DNA from: Octopus sinensis
Lineage: Eukaryota
DNA length: 64,000 nt
Direction: 5' to 3'
Assembly: GCF_006345805.1 (NCBI RefSeq)
Contig: NC_043000.1
Span: 68,696,001-68,760,000 of the forward strand
The first letter of the stretch is position 1, and every line of letters starts with the position of its first letter. The position numbers were made by a program, and so were the translations under genes. This document shows, one piece after another, positions 39,485-51,879 of the stretch. The notes under the pieces are model-generated. The model was given only the letters and a program-made list of their open reading frames with translations, was not told the DNA's origin and did not search any database.

Positions 39485-40572
39485 GCGTGCGTGTGTGCGT
39501 GTGAGTGTGTGTGTATGTGTGTGTAAGAATATGTATGTATGTATATATACATACATACATATATATATAAATATATATACATACATACATATATATATAA
39601 ATATATATACATATATACACACATACATATATATATAGACACTCATATATCTATATTTATCTATCAATGTGTGTGTGTGTGTTGTGTGTAACGTATTTGC
39701 CCAATTATAAGAGAGAAATCTGAGGTAAAACATTATATTTAAATTCAAGCAAATACCCTTCTTTAAAAATTGAATATTTGTGCCAAATATCTATTGTGAG
39801 TAAACTATATCGACAGAACAAAAAATTTGGCGTTTCAGTACTTCGGATGAAAATAAAACAAAATATAAAATAAATTTCACTTAAATAAAGTACTGTATAA
39901 AAATAAAATTTGGGATAACATTGGCAAAACTTGTATTTTTTTTATTGAACACTAAAGCTAAGTGATTATCTTTCATATATTTTGAAATTACGAATAAGTA
40001 CAAGGCTGTGTAGTTTGATTTTTATTCACTTCTTATCTTCAAAGATTTTAATTTTCTCTTCACTACTATGTTGGAAACCTTCAGATTCTTCTTCTCTGCT
40101 GCTCTCGCCGTGTAATCTAAAGCATAATTGATAGCACGCTTCATGAAAAAGAGATGACAATCTCTTCTTCCACTTACGCCAGCATTTCTTAACTCCCTGG
40201 CAACTCTTTCGCAACACTGGGATTCTTAATGCAGCCATTATTGATATATTCATGCAGAGTTAAATCATTCCTATAGCTATTTCATTCATCATGCATAAAT
40301 ACTTGTTTATAAAAACAAACAAAGGCTGTTATTGTAAAATGAGGCTCCAAGTTTGACTGCTTTTCTTATACTTCATTGATAAACAAAAATATTATCAAAA
40401 TATTTGATTTTTGCACAAACAAGTAACATACGTATAACGAGCATTTTAAAGGGGAGAAGCGTTATATTCCTGTAAATATGGCATGTGCGTGTATGTGTAT
40501 ATGTATCTGTATGTATATGTATATATGTATACATATTTCTGTGGATATATGTACACATACACATACACGTAC

Positions 40573-40654
<82 letters not shown>

Positions 40655-40660
<6 letters not shown>

Positions 40661-40893
40661 AGAGAAAAACCACTATTATACAATTCAAATAATGATAGAC
40701 ATAAACCAAATTATAAAGAAAAAATAAAATATATGACAAAACATATAACTAGATCACAAAAAATGAATAAACAATATATAATAAATAAAAAGACTACGTT
40801 TGATTTGTGGCTATAACTTCAATTCGAATTACAATTAAATTTAAATTTAATCGAAAAACAATTCAATTTAAAATTATAGTCACTCCTACGGTC

Positions 40894-40942
<49 letters not shown>

Positions 40943-41538
40943 GCGTGAACTAAAATCTAAAAGTATTAAGTGTGATTGTTTTGTAAATAGTTTGTAACGT
41001 AAAATATTAGGAGTATAGTTAATGAAAAGATATTCTATAGTTTGTTAATGTTATTCTCAAAGCTAAAATATATCTTCACAGATAAATACATTTTTCTATC
41101 TATTTACTCTATTTTTTACCTTAGGTTTTCAACATGATAAATGTATTATAGACGCCTGGTCCTACTCTTTATGTTTCAAATTTAGTTAACGGAGTTTCTT
41201 CTATAAGAACAATCATGATTTTATTTCTTTCAGAAATATTATTTAACTATTATTATTATTATTACTACTACTATTATTGTTATTATTGTTGACCTGAGGA
41301 GTGATTATACTTTTAAGTTGAATTGTGTTTCGATTAAATTTAAATTTAATTGGAATTCGAATTGAAGTTACAGCCACGAAACGTACGTAGTCTTTTTACT
41401 TCTTATACATTGTTTATTCATTTTTTGTACTTTTTGTGATCTAGTTATATGTTTTATAATATATTTTATTTTTTCTTTATAATCTGGTTTATGTCTATCA
41501 TTCTTTGAATTGCATAATAGTGGTTTTCCTCTAATTTA
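40655..41538. repeat. Diverged inverted repeat (arms ~40,655-40,940 and ~41,247-41,538, ~300-bp spacer): inverted PLE pseudo-LTRs
   Basis: For example agagaaaaaccactattatacaattcaaataatgatagacataaacc is the reverse complement of ggtttatgtctatcattctttgaattgcataatagtggttttcctct. It lies directly upstream of the PLE ORF. Confidence 0.88.
41291..41392 (+). ncRNA. Type I hammerhead ribozyme motif with canonical core
   Basis: gac-CTGAGGA(41294-41300)-gtg...long stem II...cac-GAAAC(41378-82)-GTAC-GTA|gtc. Palindromic loop III; predicted cleavage after 41,389. Confidence 0.78.
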
Positions 41539-41579
41539 TATATATTATACATTTATATTGTGAAATTTGATTTAATACT

Positions 41580-41697
41580 AAACTGAATTTTTCCCTGCAA
41601 GTTTGGAGTCATACTCCCGAATATTCTTCTTCTTCTTCTTCTTCTTCTTCTTATTATTATTATTATATTATTATTATTATTATTACCAATATTCTTA

Positions 41698-41740
<43 letters not shown>

Positions 41741-44200
41741 AGGAATACTTGAAGGAATTGATAAATAAAATTAAACAAGTCATAAAAAGAAGATGGAAGG
41801 CGTACCATTTTGACAAAAGATTAGAAGAAAATAATGGGAAAAATGAATATAGAAACATGGAAACAGAATTAATAAAGAATGATTTTAAAACAAGAAGATA
41901 TCCACCACCTAACAGACATTGGAGGGTTTTGAAGATGATATATGGGATATAGTAAGGAACATTAAATTTGTCAAGTACCCACTTAGGAATGAACATCTGA
42001 GGAGGAAATTAAGATCCATAATCTCGGATTTAAAATATTTTAGTTCACTCGGACAAAACGGGAAATATTCATAATTTAAATATTGATTTATATCATGATC
42101 TTCTTAAGAAAGAAATCACTAGAAAATATAAGACAGTTAACAAAAATATACTAAGATCAATAAATCTTGAATCTAAAGGAATGACAGTATACACTACAGA
42201 CGATAGGACGGAACCTTTTGTTCCATTAAGACCAAGAATATTTTTGAAGGACCACAAAGATAATTTTGAAACAGGCCCTAACGCGAGATTAATTTGCCCA
42301 GCTAAATCAGACCTAGGCAAATTGAGCAAATTTATTATGGACAAATATATAGATGAACTGAAGAATAAAATTAAATTGGAACTATGGTCAAATACACAAG
42401 AGGCAATTAGTTGGTTCAACAAAATTGATAAGAAAGATAGATGTAAATGCTTGCAGGTAGACATTAATGATTATTACTCATCTATTAACCCAACAGTTCT
42501 TAATAGTGCACTTATATTTGCTAAGAATAATACAAAAATGACTATGAATGAAATAAAAGTTGTATTAACACCCAGAAAATCTATAATAACGTTTGATGAT
42601 AAATTATAGTCTAGAAAAGACACCTGACTGTTTCGATATCGCTATAGGTTCCACAGATTCCGCTCAGGCAACTCATCTTGTTAGATATACATTTTACCTA
42701 AGTTTAATAGAGAATTTCCAGAAATAAGGGGTGGTTTATATAGGGATGATGCACTGTTTATCATCAAAAATCCTTCTAATAGAAAAATGGATTCATATAA
42801 GAAAAATTGCATAAGTTCTTCAATAGATTTAGACTATTGGTTGTGTGGCTGTGTGGTAAGTAGCTTGCTAACCAACCACATGGTTTCGGGTTCAGTCCCA
42901 CTGCGTGGCATCTTGGGCAAGTGTCTTCTGCTATAGCCTCGGGCCGACCAAAGCCTTGTGAGTGGATTTGGTAGACAGAAACTGAAAGAAGCCTATCGTA
43001 TATATGTATATATATATGTATGTGTGTGTATATGTTTGTGTGTCTGTGTTTGTCCCTCTAGCATTGCTTGACAACCGATGTTGGTGTGTTTACGTTCCCG
43101 TCACTTAGCGGTTCGGCAAAAGAGACCGATAGAATAAGTACTGGGCTTACAAAGAATAAGTCCCGGGGTCGATTTGCTCGACTAAAGGCGGTGCTCCAGC
43201 ATGGCCGCAGTCAAAATGACTGAAACAAGTAAAAGAGTAAAGAGTAAAGAGTATATATTTCAATAGAAAAGGAGCCCAATTCTGTTAACTTTTTAGATGT
43301 GAATTTTAACCTAAAAACAGGAAAATATGCACTTTACCATAAACCGAATTCTAAAATAACTTATATTAATATTAGAAGTAATCATCCAAAGTCAATTACT
43401 AATTTTTGATTAAAAATATAGAAAAAAGAATTAATTACCTCTCATATAATGAGATTTTTGAGGGAAATAAAGACTACAACATTCTATTGGAAAAGATAGG
43501 ATATAAGCAGAAAATCGAATATAATAGACATATCGTTAATAATGTGAATATAGATCAAGAAATAAAAAATATAATAATAATATGAAAAAAGACTTAAGAT
43601 AACGACTAGAATTAAAATGAATAATATAAATAAAAATGAAACAGGCTATAGAATACACTGTAGAAATATAGTAAGAATAACAGAGTTGTAAACAGATAAA
43701 ACAGACCAAAACACTAATGTATATTCACATAACGATAAAAAAAGATGTAAATCTAGATACATAACACATCAAACCTAATAAAAGAAACACAAATTAGGAT
43801 GGAAATAGGAAACATAAAAATAATTGACCCAGATTAATAACTTAAGATCTGATGATAATAATGATAATAAAAATGGTAATTACAACACAAAAACGAATAA
43901 AAAATATACACCTTGTATAAAATCCACCAAAATAAACACTGGGAATTACTATACTAATAAAGTAGATGATAATACTATTTGTCTAATTGTACCTTTTGCT
44001 AAACAAATAAAAACAAATTTAATCAAAGTTATGCGTAGACTGATAAACAAACACTTCACTTATAATAAATATAGCGATGTTATTAAAAGTATATTTATAT
44101 GATTTGGGTTTTCACTAAGAATTTATTTAGATATATATCATATTTTCCATTAATAATACAAAATTAGATTATTTTTACAAGAATCGTAAAATTAATATTT
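41580..44200 (+). mobile_element. Penelope-like retroelement, decayed RT ORF, interrupted by a SINE
   Basis: KEYLKELINKIKQVIKRRWKAY; IFLKDHKDNF..ARLICPAKSDLGKLSK; VDINDYYSSI; FDIAIGSTDSAQ; GGLYRDDALF; VNFLDVNFNLKTGKY.LYHKPNS..YINIRSNHP; VPFAKQIKTNLIKVMRRLINKHF. No clear GIY-YIG domain remains. Confidence 0.9.
42837..43252 (+). mobile_element. OK/OR-like SINE inserted in the PLE RT
   Basis: Full family sequence; the RT frame (FNRFRL|YISIEKE) is continuous once it is removed. Confidence 0.92.
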
Positions 44201-44229
44201 CTCTGAGAAACAGCACAAATAATATATTC

Positions 44230-44797
44230 GGCGGGATGAAAATTTTCAGCCATCTATTCCTGTTTTACTAGAGCCATGTATGATAGTGCAGAGTCTTACT
44301 GAAACACATATGGTCTTCCACTGCATACACTGTCTAACCAGGGCTTAACAATTATTTCCAAGACTTCAATGTAGGCGGCAGAGTTAACTTTAAGGCCTTG
44401 TGGAAAGAAGTAAGGAAGCAGCACATGTCCTTCATTGCTGACAACCCCTAAAACCATGACAGTTGCAGGAAATTTTGTATGCATAACACTTGAAACTTCA
44501 GAAGAGTCTGCACATAACCATCTGTCATTTCTTCTGTTAACTTTTTGATCTTGGTCGAAGTTTTTCACGTTTGAAAAAAAACAAAAAACAAATCAAATCT
44601 TCTGCTGGATTTTTCAGTTTGTTTAAGAGCCTTTTAGATCTGACGTAGTGATTTTCTTTTGCTTTTTCTGACAGATTGACCTTTTCTCATCGTATAAGAC
44701 TTATATCTGATGTCTTCGTGGACAACATTTTTGACTGCTCCTTCTAACACATGGAGATCTTTTGCAATTGACCTCAAGGACTTTCTGGGATTGTGCC
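44230..44797 (-). mobile_element. Tc1/mariner DD37D (maT-like) transposase fragment
   Basis: NPRKSLRSIAKDLHV, DQDQKVNRRNDRWL, TKFPATVMVLGVVSNEGHV, VNSAAYIEVLEIIVKPWL, YVFQ.DSA. Confidence 0.85.
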
Positions 44798-45561
44798 AGT
44801 TAGCACGCAGAGCGAAATGCTTAACAGCATTTCGTCCATCTTTATGTTCTGAGTTCAAATTCCGATAAGATCGACTTTCCCTTTCCTCATTTTGAGATGT
44901 AATCAAAAGTAGTCTTAGTCAACCTGTTTTTTTTTTCATTGCACTTGGTTAATGATTTCCTAAGCTTTCAACCATAGTTTTAGACAATTACAGAAAGGAT
45001 CGTTCCGAAAACGAAATGCCCTACGAATTGAAACTTCTGATACAGCTCATGTATGTTGGTGCGTTCGCTCTCCATCAAAGGACCACAACGGTAAAACACT
45101 TTTTGAAACGGACGAGTAAGGTGGTAATGAAGAAGAGTAAGAAAATTTTAATACAAATCCGAAACAATTTACAATACATAAAATGTACTCTATTATTTGT
45201 GATTTAGACGCTCTTTACGAGAAAATTATGAATTAACATTGAAAAACAAAGTAAGAAAACAATAAAGAACATGAAAGTTAAGCAAGCTTTGCAAAGTTCA
45301 TTTAAATGTCACAAAGACACGTATAAAGAAAAAAATAAATAAAGTCACTTGTCCAGACTAGGTTATCTAAATATATTCTTAAAAAAAATTAATTTAACAG
45401 CCAATTCATTTGTATGTTTTAGTCAGGTAAAAAAATATTTGAAATTAATTTTTTCGTCTTTTGTTTTTCATGGTGGCGTGCGTCCGTGAGTGTTTTAAAA
45501 TACGTAGACATCCCGCAACGCAACAAGGTCGTAGAACGTATTAATAGCGCTTTCGGGGTTC

Positions 45562-45625
<64 letters not shown>

Positions 45626-46599
45626 CTCTTTCTCCTCCTCTCTCTCTCTCTCGTATTACATTGCTTTGAACGGGTTATCTTTTAAAATAGCGAAAACATA
45701 AAGCCCATACTATTTGATATAAGAAGATAGATTTTCGACAGACCAGAATAAAACGCCGTGGCGCAATAAGCTGAGCCTCAGTTTCTGACCATACCGAATT
45801 TACAATATTTATGGAAAAAAAAATTCATGAAAGCTTGTCGTAATGGTGACATACTTGTACAAGGAGACAAAAGCTCATCATGAGGACCATATTAAAAAAA
45901 GACAGCGAGATGGGCACGTGGAAATCCAAACTACATCAACAATCGAACTGTAAATGTTTGTAGGTGTCTTGAAAAAGTCAGGATCATAATAGACGGAAGT
46001 GGCAAGGATTTCAAATCGATTTCTGAAACAAATTTTATATGAGATTGAAATTACAAGTAACTCAATAGGTATTAATAACATTAGTGCCTTAATGTATACT
46101 GAAGTCACCGAAATATCTCGGTTGTATTGTTCACCTCATTACAATGTGTTGGGGGCAGGGAGTTAGTCGAATCTTTTCTGTTGCTGTCACAGTTTTTGAC
46201 ATTTTAAAATTTAGTGAAAATTTTCAAATTTAGTGTAGTCATGTAATTTTTCATCCTGAATCCAATTTTCTTATTCATTTGTTCCATAAAAATTTTAGAA
46301 AAATATCACAGAGGTTTAAAGTTTGATAATTTGTACCCAATCAGAAAACAGGATTTGGAAATTGTCATTTTCTGCGTGATAGTTTTCTATCACAACATTA
46401 CAACGGCGAATTTTTATTAACTAAATTGTACGTTACACTACTGTTTTAATAGTTCGGTTCATGTAAGTAATTAATACATTTTTTTTTTTGTGAAAAGTTA
46501 AAACCGAAAGTTTGAGGTACACTCTAGGAGTTTCACAAACAAATTACAATTTTCATATCTCCTGCGCCAGAGATACAAATCAACCATAGAATGATGGAT

Positions 46600-47230
46600 C
46601 CCACAGCGTAGCTTTTTGCCTCGTTTTACACAGGCCTATGTACTTTTTTCTACTTGTTGTGCGTGGGTACCATCTATCGAGTTAATAAGCTCAACGCTGT
46701 GGTACACTGTTCTATGTCGAAGATTATAACCATCAGTTTCAGGAATGTGAGAGTAAGCCCTTCACAAGCGAATGAAAATTGTGGTTCCTGTAAGAATCGT
46801 CTGACGTATGCATTCCTCTAGTGTGTCGCTACTCTGATATGGCACAGCATAATGAAGCATGTCCGGTCTCACAACACACTCCTCCGAAGATCCACAGTCC
46901 CGATAGCACCATCCCTCGGTTGAGTTTTACGTTTAGAAGACTATTTCGTCTATCTCAGTAATCTACCCATGAATGCCTAGGTGAAATGGGTTGCGAGGAG
47001 GTCCTTTGGACATATTTTATGAACATAGCTGTTGTAATCAACGGTTGTGCAGTGGCTCATCCCCTGTTCTTCAACACAGAACCAGGCTAAAGTCAATTCT
47101 TGACCCACGAGTAAAGGGAAGGCAGTACAGTCTTAAGAGGAAGAGTGCCACTTTCCTACCTTGAATCTTTTCTGACAGACACACACTCGTTGCATCCTTT
47201 TCGGGAGCACCAGTAAATTTTCCCACGAAG
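46600..47230 (-). mobile_element. Merlin (IS1016/ISXO2-like) transposase remnant
   Basis: Minus translation across lesions: WCSRKGCNECVSVRKDS, EIDEIVF, NRGMVLSGLWIFGGVC, TLEECIRQTILTGTTI, RAYSHI, HRTVYHSVELINSIDGTHAQQVE. Confidence 0.8.
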
Positions 47231-47264
47231 CAACTTCTTCATACAATGTCTCTTTGTACATAAT

Positions 47265-48395
47265 TTATTGCTATGATAACGAAGCTAAAAGCGCAGAGCA
47301 AAGTCGCTTGGCACAGCTTTACCTTGAACTCTGTCGCGCATGCACACTAAGTAATAATGTTCTCGTTCACTTCCGTTGTTTATAGCAGTGCTTGGAAATA
47401 AAGTATATAGAGTGTGGTCGTCTCACCACATCACAGAGATTCCATCAGTGACTATGGCAGAAAAAATTGAGCAGAGAATCTGCATCAAATTTTGTCAAGA
47501 GCTTGGTAATACCTGTGTAGAGGCCTACTCAAAAGTATGGAGAGGCGTGTAAGATCCAGACACAAGTGTATGAGTGGTTCAAACGTTTCCAAGATGGCCG
47601 ATTTGGTTCACATTCTGGGAGACCCGCAACCAGCAGAAATGGTGAAAATGTCGCAAATGTACGTGCAGCTGTTCGGTATCGCTGCGCGTGAGTTGTTGAG
47701 GGATGTGAATATTAGTTATGGCTCAGTTCAGTTCATTTTCACAGAAGATTTGATTGAGACGCGTGTCTGCCAAGTTTGTGTCAAAATTGCTTTGAGGTGA
47801 CCAAAAGATCAGGTTTCAGCTGTGCAGGATTTCCTTGATTGTGTCGAGGAAGACGAAAACTGTTTGAAAATGGTCATGACCGGTGGCGAATCGTGAGACA
47901 ATGGCTATGACCTCTAAACGAAAGCTCAGTCTTCGCAGTGAAAAACCTCATATTCTCTGAGACCGAAGAAAGCACGAATGAGTTAAGTCAATGTGAAGGC
48001 ATTGCTCATCATAAGTATGCTCCACCTTGTCAGAGAGTAAACAAAGTGTACCACCGTGGCGTGTTGCAGAATTTGTGGGTTGCTGTTCGTCAGAAAAGGA
48101 CAACTGCGTGCGTCCGCGGAATGGCAACTCCATCATGACAACGCAATTTTACAACAGTTTTTGGCCGAGTACAACATTCCTAGGTCCAACAACCCCAGAT
48201 CTTGTCCCTTGCAGCTTTTCCCACTTTCCAAAAATCAAATCCCACTTGAAAGGAAGAAGATTTCAAAACGTCGAGGGAATCCAAGAGAATGTGACGAAGC
48301 AGTTGCTCACTATCCCTAAAAGGTACTCCAGGAATGATTCCATCAATTCAAACGACTCGTTAACGTGTTGGCTTCAGAAGGGGACTACTTTGGGG
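47265..48395 (+). mobile_element. Mariner transposon, decayed; TIRs not resolved
   Basis: MAEKIEQRICIKFC, VYEWFKRFQDGR, VMTGGES, WQLHHDNA, PDLVPCSFSHFPKIKSHLKGRRF. Confidence 0.85.
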
Positions 48396-48984
48396 TAACT
48401 TACACAGTACAGTAATATTAAAGTTGTATCATTTATAATAATGTATATACGTACATGTATTTCATTAGAAATAGCTCACCCGAGTCGCCCACATTTGTGC
48501 AGTGGAAGGGCCTAATTTTGGGGGAATCACTTTGGTGATCATGGTTTACTATTGTGTCAGGTCAGTAAATTTAATATTTGTTTAGTTTAGAAGTGACCAT
48601 CTCCTCTTCAAAAAATAGTAATCTGGAAAGTCTTTAGAAACAAAGGATCCAGAAAATCGATGATGTACCTGTCGTGATTTGAAGTGGTTCCAAAACGATT
48701 ATTCCTTAATTGGATAATTAGTTTATGTTAGTTGGATGATGAAATCAGCAAAACTTTGGAAAATATTTTGTGGTGTTGTTTATGTCCCTTCAAGTTCTGA
48801 GTTCAGGTTCTTCCCAGTTACCCTTTGCTTTCCATCTTTTAGAGGTTGATAAAATAATTACTGGGCTCAATATAATCAATTAAACCAAAGCATGGCCACC
48901 ATCTAAGGACTGAGAACACTAAGATATACATGATACATCACAGCCAGAATTTACTTTTTCCAGATGTCCATTCTTCTATCTTAA

Positions 48985-49252
48985 ATCCTTTACTTGTTTC
49001 AGTCATTTGACTGCGGTCATGCTGAGTGCCGCTTACGAGGACATAAACACATCAATACCGGTCGTGCATCACACACACATACATAAATCCGACGGGCTTC
49101 TTTCGGTTTTCATCTACCAAATCCACTCATGACGCTTTGGTCCACTAAAGGCTATAGTAGAAGACACCTGCCCAAGGTGCCGCCAGTGTGACTGAACCCG
49201 GAACCACGTGGTTGGGAAGCAAGTTTCTTACCACACAGCCACACTTGCGCGC
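48985..49252 (-). mobile_element. OK/OR-like SINE
   Basis: tttacttgtttcagtcatttgactgcgg...gactgaacccggaaccac...ttaccacacagccac. Confidence 0.87.
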
Positions 49253-50215
49253 GCTTATTATTAACTAATTGATTTATTCTTGTTGAATCAGTCGAGTCCT
49301 TCCATTAGGCACAATGTAAAGTGCAAATCAACCTTCTAACTCTGTATTTTTCAAGTTCAACAAGGAACTTATTATTCTGCATTTAAGAACCAGCTATAGC
49401 TTGAGATAGCACAAATTTAACCAGTGCAAAAGAGCAAATTAAAACAAAATTATAAACTTGAAAAAAAAAAGCAAAGCAGGCTAGGGTTTGAAAGCTTTTG
49501 AGGAATATCTTTTAATTTTTTATATTCTCTGCCGGTTATTTTAATCCTCCACTAATTAGAGCTTAAAGTTTGTCTACAATATCAAAGAGTGTTACTCTCT
49601 GTGTAACGTACTTTGTGGCGTTAATTCGTTTTTCTCGCCACTTTATATAGGACGAGACCTTGCCGAGCAATAGTCTCGTTTTACATGAAACTAAATGAAA
49701 ATTATGTAACTCAGTCACCAAATGGGAAGCGTCTGCAAATGAAAAGGCACGTCGAAATAAATAAAGAAAATTAAATAATAAAGAGTAACTTAAGCACATA
49801 CACACTATCTCACATCCATTCATACATACACAGATATACACATGAAGCCGTACATACACAGATATACAGATGAATGCACTCCCATAAACACATGCGCATG
49901 GACACCCATGCTCAAAAATATATGGCTATAGATATGAACACACACCCATAAACTTATGCGCACACACGTCGATATGCACACGCGCGCATGCTCTCTCTGT
50001 ACGTCCACCCACGCTCAGAAAACTCAAAAACATTTTGTATTTACGTTTTGTTCAGTTGCGTTGCTTTTATGAAGAAATGTTGTTTTCTCAAAATGTTTAA
50101 GCAAACATTATAAAACATGTCGATTTATTTATAAAAACAATTTAGTGTTAAACGGAAGGATTACCCAATAATTTATAGTACAGTACATGTTTATTAAACT
50201 TTTACCGGAAGAATG

Positions 50216-50259
50216 ACAGTGACCTTAAAGTTTCGGCTTGCAAGCCTTCGTTAGACTGT
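50216..50259 (-). ncRNA. Degenerate minimal hammerhead motif (G5A)
   Basis: Minus strand: acagt-CTAACGA-a-ggctt gc aagcc-GAAAC-tttaag-GTC|actgt. Stems I and II are intact; the core is mutated. Confidence 0.6.
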
Positions 50260-51325
50260 GCTACACTTAGGCTCTTTTTGTCTTTATGCAGCCTTCGGCA
50301 AGTGGAGCTATCTGAAGTGATTATTGGGCGTGGAATACGAGAGTAGATATGTTGAAAGTGTGATAGAAGAGGATAAGAGGAAAATGTGCCTGTAGGGTGT
50401 AGGTTAATAGAAAGTTATTTTTGGAAGATTTTGTTTGATTTGATATGAGAAATGTATTATTATTTAGAGTTCTATCAAACGTGAAGTAACTATGTACATA
50501 AGTATGTCCAATTCAGATGTGTGAGATTCAGATCACGAGATTCTTTGTATAGAAAGTTGGTTGTTGTTGCGTTTCAGGACTCGCAAAAGCATGTTTCTAA
50601 GTGAATCAGTTGGTCGCACATCATATGCCAAACTTAGGTTGAAAAATTGGTGATATCGTTTGATTTCTATTCACAAATTTTGAAACGGGTGTGTCGGTAA
50701 AGATATCAGGATTGAAAAACTATTGCTATAAATATTTATTGGATACTTTCTAGTCGGTTTTCAGCGCGGCTCTTTTTACGTATATTATTGTAGACTGCAT
50801 GAAATTACTTGTACACCAGATGAATGCCTAAGTTTGATGAATTTTCTATAGCTGTATCGACCATAACAATGTATGCATATATAAGCAATATATAATATAC
50901 AAATATAGCAATACATGTTCATATTATATAAGCGCAGACTTATGGTTAAAAAAATTTAGAAAAAACCTCGCTTGAATTCATTCCAGTTCATAAAAGAATA
51001 TGTGAGTGTTTCACAGAAAGTAATGCAAAACTGGGAGTAATTATTTTATTAAATAAAATAGGTCGTTCAAATTGCACCTCAGCGGAATTTAAACTCAGAA
51101 AGTAATGACAGACGAAATACTGCTAAGCATTTTGCCCGGCGTGCTAACGATTCTGCTATCTTATTTAACAATATTAATGAAAAATAAAATCATAACTTAT
51201 CTTATTTTTGATTAATATTGTTAAATTTTATTCGATTATTTATTGTTACGATATGTATATTTCTATATTTATTTATTAATTATTATATGTTAAGATACAT
51301 GCATTTATTTTATTATATTATTTTA

Positions 51326-51423
51326 GACCCGAAGAGTGACTATATTTTTAAATCGAATTAATTTTAATAGTATCGATTTTATTATTATCGATTTCAAGAT
51401 ATAGTCACTAAACTCGCGTAGTC
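51326..51423 (+). ncRNA. Degenerate hammerhead motif (U4C, G12U), related to the 41,291 motif
   Basis: gac-CCGAAGA(51329-35)-gtgactatat...atatagtcac (10-bp stem II)-TAAAC-tcgc-GTA|gtc. Confidence 0.6.
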
Positions 51424-51558
51424 AATTTAATTTTTATTTAATTTATTGATTTTTTTAAATGATATTTATTATAGTATATTTATTTTTTTGTATACAATAT
51501 AGATAATGTCTTTCACTATTGAATTGCTTAATAGAGGTTATTTCTCTTATTATGTATG

Positions 51559-51632
<74 letters not shown>

Positions 51633-51879
51633 GAAAGGAAAAAAATAATAATAAGGCAGAATGCTAAACTGAAATCAAATTTTAATATAAATAGGGGTAA
51701 GAAAGATTTAAAAAGGAAATCAAACTGGCTTTCATTGCAAGGCAAATTTTCAAGATGAGGAAGGGGAAAAAATTTATAATGTTTTTTTTTTTAAATAATA
51801 AATATATACAAAAATGTTATAAATAAGTATACCAACACATTATAGTGTCTTTAAGCTTTTAAAATTCAGTATTATTCCA

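Noticed and set aside
40026-40400. Decayed transposase-like reading on the minus strand
   Set aside because: No catalytic or family motif could be identified.
41580-44200. Naiad-type selenoprotein PLE hypothesis (in-frame TGA)
   Set aside because: The ORF also has TAG/TAA stops and frameshifts, no N-terminal GIY-YIG is visible, and an HHR is present; ordinary decay explains the stops.
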